A stretch of 35,325 bases of DNA from Basidioascus undulatus (lineage: Eukaryota): assembly GCA_000826855.1 (NCBI GenBank), contig JTLS01000001.1:62001-97325 (forward strand), given 5' to 3'. Within the stretch, counting starts at the first letter, position 1; every line of letters begins with the position of its first letter. The notes under the pieces are model-generated. The model was not told where the DNA came from. It saw only the letters and a program-made list of their open reading frames with translations, and made no database searches. Both the position numbers and the translations under genes were made by a program. Shown one piece after another: positions 1 to 10,950 of this stretch.

Positions 1-366
1 AGATTGTTCAGCTTTGGGCTCAAACGCCGGCGTCCGCTCCCGGCCGACTTACTGGTAAGCTCGATCTGGCGGCCTACCGAGCCCTTCGGATAAAACACCA
101 TGTTGTAAATCGTAAGGTGTCTGAAGAAAAAGAGAGAGGGTAAGCGACTCCCAACAGCGACGGAAGGAAGAGGCGTACGTCGAGGCCCAGCGTCTGCCCG
201 TGAAGTCGCTTACCGGACGCGTCACGACCAGAGCCGTGAGGATGGCGGTCGCGAGCACCGGCGCGGAGACGAGGCGCACGAGGTCGTACGCTTTCCTACG
301 CCATCTTGCAATCTTGTCCGGTGCAGGTAGGTGCGCGCGAGGCGAGGGGAACCAGCTCGACGACAT
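1..366 (-). CDS. 5' part of a FUSC_2/ArAE_2-type multi-pass membrane protein (paralogue B), running off the window start
   Basis: ATG at 366; spliced translation MSSSWFPSPRAHLPAPDKIARWRRKAYDLVRLVSAPVLATAILTALVVTRPVSDFTGRRWAST|HLTIYNMVFYPKGSVGRQIELT| aligns with the N-terminus of the neighbouring gene and has the same first two intron positions. Confidence 0.75.
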
Positions 367-684
367 GCTGGACGACCGAATGAAGATGTTACAGCGAAGA
401 GCAGCTGTCCGTATGCGAGATGTAGGTGAAGCGATCGCTGACCGCGTCACAAGCAGAATCGAAGCCAGAAAGCTGGATGCCGCTGCCCCTGAGCCGAACT
501 CTGTACCCCCTCGGCAATGCTTGACCTCACCGCATGCTCTTAGGTATGTGCGGCCCCGCACGAGACCAGGCAGGAGAAGTATGTATTCCATTTCCGTCTA
601 TAGTCTATATCAGCGAGACAATGCGAGATGCGATATACAGCTGCGATGCGAGAAGCGCGAGAGAAAGGAAAGGGGACTGCAGGG

Positions 685-3600
685 TCATGCGAAACGAGCC
701 GAACGTCTTGCGAGAATGGAACCGGCGTCAGGGTTGGAGGAGGGAAACAGAGAAAGAGCAGAAGGGGGATAATTTGGTGTTCCAGGTATAGATGTGGACG
801 GGCTCGAGAGCGCCGAGTCGAGTTGGAAGCGGAAAGTGGAGGACGGGGACGGTGCGCGGGTCGACGACCGGCTGAGGTGGCCTGGAATACTGCTGCGAGT
901 GCCAAAGACATTGTGAAGGGGTAACGCTTCGCCCTAACCGTTTCCTCATCAGAACATGCGCTCGAGAAAAGGGAACCTAGAAGTAATAGTACCTGGCTAG
1001 CGATCAGCTGAGCGTGCTCGTTCTCGTCCACGTCCAAGATGCTCGCCTGGCCGAAGAGCAAGCGAGCAACCTCCAAGATGTTCTCGAGCGACGCGACCAT
1101 CTCCGTGAGGATCTCCGCCTCCGCGAGCGTGAATACGAGGCCGAAGTCGAGCCGCTGCGGCTGCGGCGGCGCGAGAACCTCGCGGACGTGCGCGTCGATC
1201 GCTTCGAGCAGGTCGTGAAGCGCGAGTTGCGGAGAGGGGAGGAACTGCGGCAGAGGAGAGTGCGAGCGGAAGGCTTGCGAGGCGGCGTAGAGGGAGAGGA
1301 GTGCAGCGTTCATCTGTCGCGCACGGAGAGCTCGGGTCAGGTCTGTCTGTGAAGGAGGGTGAACGCTGCATAGGACTTACCAGGTTCAAGCGGTACTCCA
1401 GCACGTCGAGGACCGTTTCTTTCCGCGGAACACGCTCGCGGACGTAGCGCAGCCCGATCATTAGGTCGAGCGTCCGCTGCAGCGAAGACACGGCCCGGCG
1501 GTAGAGGCGGACAGGCTTGGGGAGGATCGAGAGTTCAAGCCGGAGAGGTTCGAGGAGGCTGGATCCTTGAAGGACTGAGGTCTGAAGCAAGCTTGGCAAT
1601 TGAGTAAAGGAAAGCGTCCAGAGAGAAGAGGCAGGCAAGAAAAGGGAGGAAGGCGGACGGCAAGCGTACCTGGACCTTCTTTTCCAGCGCGTCCATCTGC
1701 CAGCGCGGGATGTCTTCGGCGCTGATGCTGCGCCGCGAGATGGCGAGGTAGAGCTTCGACATGTCTCCGAGGGACTTGGAGACTTGCGTGAGGAAGCGCT
1801 GCGAGAAGGTCTCCCATCAAACCGCGCTCAATGGTTCAGTGGCAGAGAGCGAAGATGACTGCGTACCTGCCGAGCATGAAAAGGAAAGAAAAGGAGGTTA
1901 ACGAGGATGGCGGCGATGATACTGCGTACGGAGAAAGACTGAGCGATGCTGCATTGATGAGAGGCGCAACACGATGGCGAACCCGAGCGAGATCATGTAT
2001 GCGCGAGTAAGCGCCGTCGCGATCGTCTTTGTTGTCGCAGTCCCGAGATACTAATACAAGAGCCCGACTCAGTAACTTTCCGGTGCACGCGAGCAAGGAT
2101 TAACCGTACCGGAGGGAAGATGATGGGAGGTATAGTGATCGAGCTGCGGTCGACGGCCGAGGTTAGATGGAGCGCTTCGCCAAGCGGGGTCTTGCCGAGG
2201 AGGCACTCACAAGACGACGCCAACGCCGGGGAAAGACGAGCGGCGGATGACCCAGGAGATGGGCGCTGCTGAGAAGGCCACGAGCGCCGCGATGCCGTAG
2301 GGGTTGTTCTGGGCGATGACAGCCGCCTGCGATTGTAGTGCACTCATCAATACATCGTCTTGCTTGCACCATCGTTGTGGAGGGGTGCAAGACTCACCAC
2401 ATACGCGTATATGGCGCCGAGGATCGTTCCGCCTATACGGCAGCGCGTCAGTTTGGTTTCGTGGTGATGCCGCTGACTGAGAAGACGACGCACAGATGCG
2501 TAACAACCCGACGCGGTACGTCGCCCCGGTGGACGTTTCCAACACGTAGAAGCTGCGAGGATTAAAATCAGTGTTGGACGGTGATCGACAGGGCGAGAAC
2601 GGAGCGCGCACTAGCTAATGACCATCCAGACGGCTCGCTGTTCGGTGTACCATTTCCTCCCCGCTGAGCCCGCCGGAAAGAACGCCGCCAGCGCGAGCAG
2701 CACGACTCCTGCCGCGTTCTGCCATCCCGTCGCACCATCACCATCACCGTCAACCGCCACCCATCCCACCTCCCTCGAGCACACGCGCACTCACCTTGAA
2801 TGCATACCGCACATGCCTTGACCGCCCAAAAGCGCGGTACGCGCGCGCGAGGAGGACGCGGGCCTTCATGATCCCAGGCGAGTCCCAGAGGACGAGGAGG
2901 CTCTCCGGCGAGAGGCTGCGCTTGGACGGGTCCCCGCGCGCGGAGCGCCGAATCGCGTACGACGCGTACGCTTCGAGCTGCAGCTCCTCTTCGACGTGCA
3001 GCAGGTGGTGGTCGCTGTCTGCTTGGTCTTCGGAGGGCTCGTCGTGCGCGTCGTCTGGTTGGAGAACGGGTATGAGTCAGTACGTTGAGGGAGGAGAGGC
3101 GAGGAGAGGAGAAAACACACGCTTAATCCCTGACTCGTTGCCTGCTACCGAAGTGGACGGTGGTGCGCCCAGCCAAGCGCGCGTGAGCGTCGGCCAGCGC
3201 ACCCTGCGCCTTCCCGTCCGGCGGCGCTCCAACACGTCCCCCGCGCTCTGCAGCGCGAGGGAGACGTCCTTCGAGATAGCCAAGAGTGTGATAGCGAAGT
3301 ACGAGAGTGCGCAGAGGCGCCTGCGAAAGAGGTGGTCCTGCTGCGCGGCCTTGCCCGCTAGGCCCTTGAGCAGCGTCGTCCGCAGGTCCTCGCGGCAGCG
3401 CTGCACGCCAGCCTGGAGGAGCTTCCCCTGCGCGACGAGCGCCTCCGCCGTGGACTCCGGGCCAGGCTTGTTCGGCGTCAGGGACGTCGCCAGCGCGTTC
3501 CGCACGAGCCCGAGCGAGGTGAGCACCACCTGGCACAGCAGCCGGATGGACGTCTCAAAGCTCTCGACCACCGCGTCGTCCTCCACGTCGGCCGTCGCGC

Positions 3601-4824
3601 GGTCCGCAGATAGCGACGCCGAGCCAGAGATCGTCCCGCTCCGAGACGAGGCTTGCACGCCCGCGGCGCCTCCGCCCGCGTGCTCGCCCTGCTTCAGCGA
3701 GACGAGGTCGTTCAAGCCGGAGCTGAGCGAGTTCCTCAGGCGCGCAAGGATCTCGACGAACGGCCTGAGCCGCTCGACCGCGATGTGCGTGTAGCTGAAC
3801 TCGAACAGCGCCTCCTTGAGCGCGAGGGGCAGGCGGTTCGAGGAAGCCAGGAAGCGCGCGCGGAGCGCCCCCAGGTCCGGCGGCGGGGGGACATCCGGAT
3901 CTGAGGGTGCGAAGAAGAGCGTTTCGAGCGACGCGCGCAGCGTGGATTCCGCATCGGAGAGGGCGTCGAGGATGAGGTGCCCGAAGATGTCGGTTGCGGG
4001 TGTGGAGAAGCAGAGGATGGAGGAGAGAAGGGAGACGAAACCCGCAAATAGGGTGGGCCAGAAGAGATCGAGAAAGGTGCGCGCGGACATCTAAGGGTGA
4101 GGGTAGAGGGGTAAGCGGCCAGGTCGGACTGGCTGTGGGAAGGACGAGCGACGGGGACGCGCTGTTGTGCGGCCGAGATCTTCGGTGAGAACCCAGATCG
4201 AGTGGAAAAGTGCAATTCGGCTGGCAGTAGTCAGACGAGGTGTCTTGCTTCGAGCAAAGCCGGCTGTGGGTCAGATCGTTAGCTGTATGCTCCACGGCAG
4301 CATTTGCAGAGACGGGCGTGCGCACCCGCGAAGGCCATCAGCAGCAGGAAAATGGCGGGTATCGCCCGCCCCGCATCCGAATCTTGCCCGTATCGGCGAT
4401 TCGCAAGCACGGCCATGCCGATACCGAAGTTGGACCAGGCGAGTCCGATGAGGCCCCCGAGGATGCCGAGGACTGTGAGCCAGGGACAGCGTGTCAGCGA
4501 AAACAGGGAGGCTCGGGAACGCGTTTGGGTGTCCGCCTTACTCGTGAGCTCAATTTGACTGCCGATGCTCCCGCTCGAGTAGAAGAATAGGATGTAGATA
4601 GTGATTGCGCTGAGAGATTTCGTCAGTGGGTACAACGGGCTGCCGAGCGAGCCGAGAACCGCGCACAGGAACGCATAGCGGGGCCCGAAAAAGTCGGAGA
4701 CGGGATGAATGAGGATAAGGATGGATAGGATGAGGGTGGAGAGGACGGGTGCGGCGGATAGGCGGGCGAAGGAGAGGGCTCGAGTGAGCCCTGGTTTAAG
4801 TCGAGAAACATGTGGGCTCAGCAT
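685..4824 (-). CDS. Multi-exon FUSC_2/ArAE_2 (aromatic acid exporter-like, YGL140C/BRE4-like) membrane protein (paralogue A)
   Basis: N-terminal TM bundle (GSIGSQIELTILGILGGLIGLAW) and a second TM bundle (SRHVRYAFK|NAAGVVLLALAAFFP...WMVISY|FYVLETSTGATYRVGLLRI) typical of this family. Last exon ...SILARRSARFA* ends at TGA 687-685. Start codon uncertain: 4824 is the in-frame ATG, but an acceptor-like site at about 4791 may indicate a further upstream exon. Exons between about 2500 and 1300 were only partly traced. Confidence 0.75.
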
Positions 4825-5080
4825 GCGCGTTTTCGACGGGCAGGCATGAAGCGCGAGTGAGTTATGAGCGTGGTGAGTATGTAAGGATTAGGATATGTTA
4901 GTGCGAGTGGTGGATATACAGGCGGAGCGAGATGGAGCGATAAAAGGTCAAGAGGTGAAGGCTGGGGTATTCCAGGAACTCGGCCGTGGGATGCGCGCGG
5001 CTATGAAGCGAGCGGGTGGAAGCGTAGGCTGAACCTCGACACTTACCTTCAGACCTCTAGCACTCTACTCTTGCCCAGCG

Positions 5081-7499
5081 ATGAGTCTATACGCGGGCAT
5101 TCTCACACCAGACGCATCAGCGTCTTCGCCGTTGAATCCATCCGCCACGCCTAGCGCGCCATCCCCGACGACCGACGCCGGCGGGAGCGAGCAGCCCTCC
5201 AAGGCGGCGTCCTCGGCAGTGGCAGCATCGGCAGCAGCAGCAGCACCAGGTATCTAAGGGTCCCTGGGCGTGTGGCGCATGGCTCTGCCCAGCCCGCACG
5301 CTCTGCCCTTTCCCGGTTGCCCGCACCCCTCGATCTGAGCGCTCACCTCCGTCGTCTTCCCGCGCACTCCCCCCTCCCACCCGCTCCCTTCCCTCCCCAC
5401 CCAGCATGGTCCGCCGCCCTCCGCTTCGCGCCCGTGGCTCGCAAGCCTGCGCAAAAACCCAAAGCCTCGAGACCCTCCATCCCGGCCGCGTTCGCAGGCG
5501 CGACGAGCACCGTTATCGAGGCGCCTCCGCAGATGGCGGTCCCTCCCGCCACCGCCCCGCCGTCTTCGGCGGCATCTGGAGCGCCCGCTGCCCCACGCAT
5601 CAAGCCGCCTCCGATGACGCTCGATGATGACGATGTGAATGGGTTCAAGGCCACTGCGGCCGGGCAGAAGGCTTCAAAGAAGGTGCGTCTTCTCCGTCAC
5701 TCAGGCTAGGTAGTAGGAGATTCAACACGCTGGTGTGGGGTGCTACAGAGGAAGAAGAACAAGAAGAACGCGCCCCCGCCCGGCCCGTCGTGGGACGACG
5801 AGTACGACCCGCGCCGGCCGAGTGACTACCAGGAGTACAAGGACTGGGTCAAGGCGCGCAGGGAGGAGGCGCGCTGGCGGCGCGAGCAGGAGCGCAGAAG
5901 GGAGAGGGAGAGCAGCTACAGCGAGAGCAGCGACTACAGCGAGAGCGAGGACGAGGAGCGTGCGAAGAAGATTGGTGTGCTCCCCTGCCTCTTCTTGAGG
6001 CTACAAACGCTGATAGACCCCGTCGCTGCGCCAGGCCGATTCTTCGCTCCGCCAAAGTCGTACGACGACAAAGAGGGCTCAGCGCCCTCCGTGCCCTCCG
6101 GCTCCCGTCGGTCCACCCCACCTCCTCCGCCACCGCCCGCTCCGGCCATGGCCATCAACAAAGCCGAGTCAGGCGAGGAGGCGTACCTCCGTCGGCTCGC
6201 CATGTCCGGCCAGGCGCCGCCTCCCGCCGCCGCCGCTCCCCCTCCTCCCGCTTCCGTCGCCGCTACACCTACATTCAAACCCGCCGCCGTGGCCCCGTCC
6301 TTTACTCCCGCTGCCGTCCGCGCGCCATCCTTCACCCCTTCCGCGTTTCCGCCCGCTGCGCCCGCCCAACCGCCCACACCAGCGACAGGCGAAGAAGCCT
6401 ACCTCCGGCGCATGCAGCTGTCTGGCCTCGCCGTCCCTCCTCCGTCCGCGATCCTCAACCCCTCGGCCTCAGCTTTCATGCCCGCTGCTCCGGCACATGC
6501 ACCGGCACCCGCGGGCGCGGACCCGAGCGCGTTCGACGCGCGTCTCCAAGCGAGCAAGAGCGCCGCAGCGGCCATCGCTGCGCGCTTGGCGGCAGCCGCG
6601 CCTCCGCCGGCGCCGCCGGAGCTTGCGGCCGTCGACGACTTCCTGTCCTCGCTCGACGAGTCAACTGTGAACCAGGAGGCCGCGGCCGCGGTTGCTGAGG
6701 CTGAGGCGAAGTACGTCTCTCTCTTCTCCTCTCCGCTCTCTCTCACCTTGCGTCCGCGCGATTACTGACTCCCTGAACGTGACGGGCAGAGCGGACAAGA
6801 GTAAGTTCGCCCAGCGGTTCATGTCCAAGTACGGGTGGAGCGAAGGCCAAGGCCTCGGCGCGTCCTCCTCGGGCATCACGCGCGCTTTGTCCGTCGAGCG
6901 TGCGCCACCCACGCCCGCGAACAAGAAGGCCGGCAGATCCGAGGCGGAGGCCTCGGCGATCGCGAGCACCAAGGCGCGCGGGCAGATCATCAACGCGAAT
7001 GCCGACCCGGGCAAGGAGGCCGACCGCGCGCGCTTTGGCGAGCCGAGCAAGACGATCTTGCTCCGGAACGCAGTGCGGAGGGACGAGGTGGACGATGATC
7101 TGGCGGGCGAGATCGGTGCGTCCCCCACATGCGGTGAAGCTGAAGTGAGATGCAGGAGATGTTGACGGATGCGACCGCGGCGGGACAGGCGAGGAATGCA
7201 ATAAGCACGGCATCGTCGAGCGCGTCGTGGTCCACTTGCCGCCGTATCCGCAAACACCAGAGGACGACGTGCGGATCCTCGTCCGCGTACGTCCCCCGTC
7301 CTCCATCCTCTTCCCTTCCTTTCCCTTCCACAATCGTCTAGCACACTCTGACCCGCGTGCCCTGCCCGAGCAGTTCTCCGGCCTCGTCGGCGCGTACAAC
7401 AACGTGCGCGAGCTCGACGGCCGCTTCTTTGGCGGGCAACAGATCCGCGCGACGTACTATGATGATGCCCGATTCCAGAGCGGGGATTATAATGCTTGA
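5081..7499 (+). CDS. SPF45: Splicing factor 45 / RBM17-like protein (SF45 motif, G-patch, C-terminal UHM-type RRM), 7 exons
   Basis: Starts MSLYAGI; WDDEYDPRRPSDYQEYK motif; G-patch FAQRFMSKYGWSEGQGLGASSSGI; UHM ILLRNAV...EIGEECNKHGIVERVVV...ELDGRFFGGQQIRATYY; all introns GT-AG; TGA at 7497-7499. Confidence 0.9.
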
Positions 7500-7955
7500 T
7501 GTGCGGGTGCCAGGAGGAAGGCGTTTGACGTGCAGCCACGGCTTGGATTCATGTTTCTCTTGACTGTACCGCGTCGCGTTGTGTGACTGCCTTCTGCTTG
7601 CTTTGATGTATGGGCGTAGCTTGCCTTGCCTGAGTTGGTTGCCATGCTGTGCCGTGCAACCTTCGCCGGTTCCATCTCGCCGCTTTCCACATGAGCACCA
7701 TGTCCCTTTGTCGGTATACATGCGCGCTCTTCTTTCCCTCGCAAGATAGAATAAATCCAGCATCGCATCTTCGCCCCACGGCCGGCTCCTTCGTCGACAC
7801 GACCGGCGGGGACGGTGCGGTGGAGGCAGGCTGCGGCTTCTCGGTCAGCACGACACACACTCGCCTTCTCAGGCCTTCTCCACGAACTCATCCTGAACCA
7901 ATACCTCACACACGCACCCTCACTCTCACATCCATTTACTCACTCATCATTTATC

Positions 7956-8546
7956 ATGTCGAGCAAGGACATCATCTCCACCCTTCAGGGCCGTTTCACT
8001 CTCGTCGCAAAGGTCCGGATCCGGATCCTTCTCCGTGCATGGAATATCGACTTCACTTGAGACTGACGCTTGGGACGTGTTTTTGTCTGGATTGATGTAC
8101 GAGCAGCTCAAGGCGCTGCCTGGGAAGGGCGACGAGGTCGAGAAGCTCCTTGCGGCCGTCGCGGCGGATGCGAACTCGGCCAAGGAGGAGGGAACGCTGA
8201 CGTGTGTCTCAATGTTTTCACGTTCGCATCTCTTGTCTCTCTCAACTGAAGAAACGCAATTGGCCTGCAGGTACCGGGTGAACCGCGGCTGGGGCGTCGA
8301 TGCTGAGAAGTTTGTTGTTTTCGAGGAGTACGTTCCCATCCTTTTCTTCCTGACCTCCGCATTTACTTTGAAAGCTTACATCGTTGATCCGCTTTGACTC
8401 TTCAAAGGTACGAGAACCCCGCTGCGATCGGCGTGCACGGCAAGGGCGAGGCGTACAACAAGCTCGTGACCGCTGGCGTGCTCGACATGGAGAAGTTCGA
8501 TGTCGAGATCTACCGGGAGTTCACCCCGGGCAAGGCGAACCTGTAG
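7956..8546 (+). CDS. Small ABM/Dabb-fold (YgiN-like quinol monooxygenase) protein, 4 exons
   Basis: Spliced: MSSKDIISTLQGRFTLVAK|LKALPGKGDEVEKLLAAVAADANSAKEEGTLT|YRVNRGWGVDAEKFVVFEE|YENPAAIGVHGKGEAYNKLV...ANL*. The xxxPGK, EEGTLxY and FVVFEEYENxxAxxxH patterns fit the ABM family. Confidence 0.8.
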
Positions 8547-8881
8547 AAGGGGCGCTAGATAGGATGTGGAGCGGAGCGGATGAACGGACAACATTGCATT
8601 GATCAACGAATGTTGAGCGTTTCTAGCGGGGTACTGAGTGACACGGCGGCATGCTTCGAGTGTGGATGCGGAAGCGGCTGCCGCGCCCTCCGCCATCCCC
8701 GCTCAAGACAGGCATTTCAGATTAGGATGAGAGTTACGATGGATGCGATGCAAGCAGGGACGATACAGTACGGACAAGGCGACGGACAGTGATTACCAAG
8801 CGTCACGAGATGCAGAAGCGGGTGGGTAAACTAAGCGAGGGCATGAGGCCCCAAATCATGGCGAGATCGCGTAGGGGGCAA

Positions 8882-9702
8882 TCAGTGGCATGCCATTCCC
8901 TTCGAGTCGAGAGACGGAATGTCGAGTTCGCGGTGCAGGAGGAAATGCCCGATGCCGGCGCCCACGATGACGGCCCCGATGAGATAGCCCTGAGCGTCGT
9001 CGGGTTGGCTGAGAAGCGGCAGGAAATACGATGAAGGGGCGGAGCACGCACATTGTATGTCATGAACACGAGCATGAGGAAGAACGAGAGAGCGACGCTC
9101 AGTGCGTACAGCACCGAGCGCTGCACCTGCTGGCTCCTCGGCACGGTGATCTTGCTGGCCACCCGACACAACCAGCCCGCCCAGTCAGCTTGGCTTGCCC
9201 TTCCACATCGTGCCTTTATTGATGCATTGACTCACCAGGGAAGCGCCTTGCTCTCCAGCAGCCGCTCGCCCTCGCCCTCCTCCTCAAGCCGGGACGACCC
9301 CCTCACCACCACGCCGTACGACGCCGCGATGCGCTCGTCCAATGCGCGCTGGCGCGCACGAAGGTGCTCGAACAGGATACCGAGCCCGACGATGGCCAGC
9401 AGGGAGAGGACGAAGGTGCCCCCGCCGGTGATGTGCCATTGCGGGAAGACGACGCAGGTGTCTTGATAGCGGCCGTCAGTTCAGCGGCTCCTGACCGCGG
9501 ACAGCAGGCTCACCCTTGATCTGCCAGTTCCAAAGCATGTGCAGCTACCCTCCCTCAAAAGGCCGCGCCCATCAGCTTCCCGCATTCAACCGCAGCGAGG
9601 AACATGAAGGGCGCGATATCGCCGGACCTTGCACGTCGGCGCCGGCATCTCGTGCCCGCCGCCATGGCCCATGCCGCCGTGGTTCATGCCGTCGTCGAGC
9701 AT
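8882..9702 (-). CDS. CTR2: Ctr (SLC31) copper transporter, Ctr2-like, 5 exons
   Basis: Met/His-rich N-terminus MLDDGMNHGGMGHGGGHEMPAPTCK|LHMLWNWQIK|DTCVVFPQWHI; MxxxM motif (LMLVFMTYN); GxxxG in TM3 (GAGIG); C-terminal GMACH*. Confidence 0.88.
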
Positions 9703-10479
9703 TGTGTGTTATACGTAAAGAAGAGGGATGAGTGCAAGAACGAAGGTGGGCGGGCGAGGACAAGGAGGGAATCGCGCTCAAGTTGACGCCATCCGCCCGC
9801 GTCGCCTTCGGCACGATTGCCGAGCGAGCTGGATGGTGACGAGCAGATCGAGCTTCGAAACCGGTTCCCTGTACTTGTTGCGGTTTCACAGTCCATACCC
9901 CCTTCAGCGCAGAGACTTTTGATATTGATTCTTTGAAATCATTTTGTTTGCTGTACCTGGTCAGTCGGCGAAGCCAGCTGAGAACTCAGGGCGAGCCTGC
10001 TCCCAGCGTTGAAACGTTTGCTGCAGCTGCCCGTGATCACGGCTTTTCTGATTCCGGCTGGACAATTATTTATCGAATGTGGTGTCTTTCTTTACAGTTT
10101 GGTCCCAGTTTTATGGGGATGAGGTGTCAAGGTCTGGCTCGAGACCGGCGTGACACCACCGCCGAGCGGCCCGGGAGGTTAAGATGCAGATTGACGCAGA
10201 CAAAAGTACCTTGCTATTCGTGGAGTGCATGAATATGTCTGAAATTAAGTCTGGAGATCTGGAGATCTGCATAGGAACATGTGTGCGGGTGAAATAGGCT
10301 TGATGGAGGAAATACTTCCGCAAGTATCGTAGGCGAGCCAATCCGCGGAAAGCTTCACCTGCTAACGGAGAAGGACCAAAGACCTCTGTTTGGACATGTA
10401 ACTCTCAGGAAAATTCTTAACAGGGGATTTTCCCTTGCATGCTTTCATAACCGTTACAGACGTTGATGACTCAAGGACT

Positions 10480-10950
10480 GGCTGGCATCGACGATGAGGC
10501 ACCCAGCCGTAAGACCAAGAATCATCAGATTGAATATAAGCCCTTTCAGGCAGTCGGCACAGGTAAGAACGGAGCATCAGCGACCGACGTGGCAACTTTG
10601 GCGGAACCTGGTTTTACCCTTCGTTGTACGTTGCCAGGCCAGACACTTCGCCTCCATGTTCAGGTTCATCGCATCATAGATAGCGCTTTGCGATGGCAAG
10701 TATGTTCAGCGGACACAGTGGTTTATATTATGAACTTTAACACATACGCGATCAACGCTAACCCAATAAGGGCTCATCGGGCGAGTATGACCAATAGCAT
10801 GGGCCACTTGGACTCGCGGCGTCCCGTCAGAATCCCCCACTCGAAGTTGATCGTGCTTGCGACCTCCCTGCGTAGAAACATCTGATTATGTGCGTCAAGC
10901 ATGCTTACTCAAGCTCCCAACTGCTTACCAGAGGGCTAATCCAAACATGC
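10480..10950 (-). pseudogene. Decayed gene for a basidiomycete-type multi-pass membrane protein (DUF6533-like, putative GPCR-like)
   Basis: Exons 10950-10929 and 10867-10748, flanked by canonical splice sites, join to MFGLALW|EVASTINFEWGILTGRRESKWPMLLVILAR*ALIGLALIA. This resembles the recalled family pattern GLxxWExxxTLxFEWxxxxGxRxxxWPM...RY, with an in-frame TGA at 10776-10774. Later exons (AIYDAMNLNMEAKCLAW; LIFNLMILGLTAGCLIV) degrade, so the boundaries are approximate. Confidence 0.55.

Noticed and set aside
2796..3794. 332-aa plus-strand ORF and many similar long ORFs in the track
   Set aside because: These are antisense or alternative-frame shadows of GC-rich exons of the genes called above.
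9940..10030. Two GTTTGCTG motifs upstream of the Ctr gene as copper-response elements
   Set aside because: Short, imperfect match to known CuSE/CuRE consensus and expected by chance.
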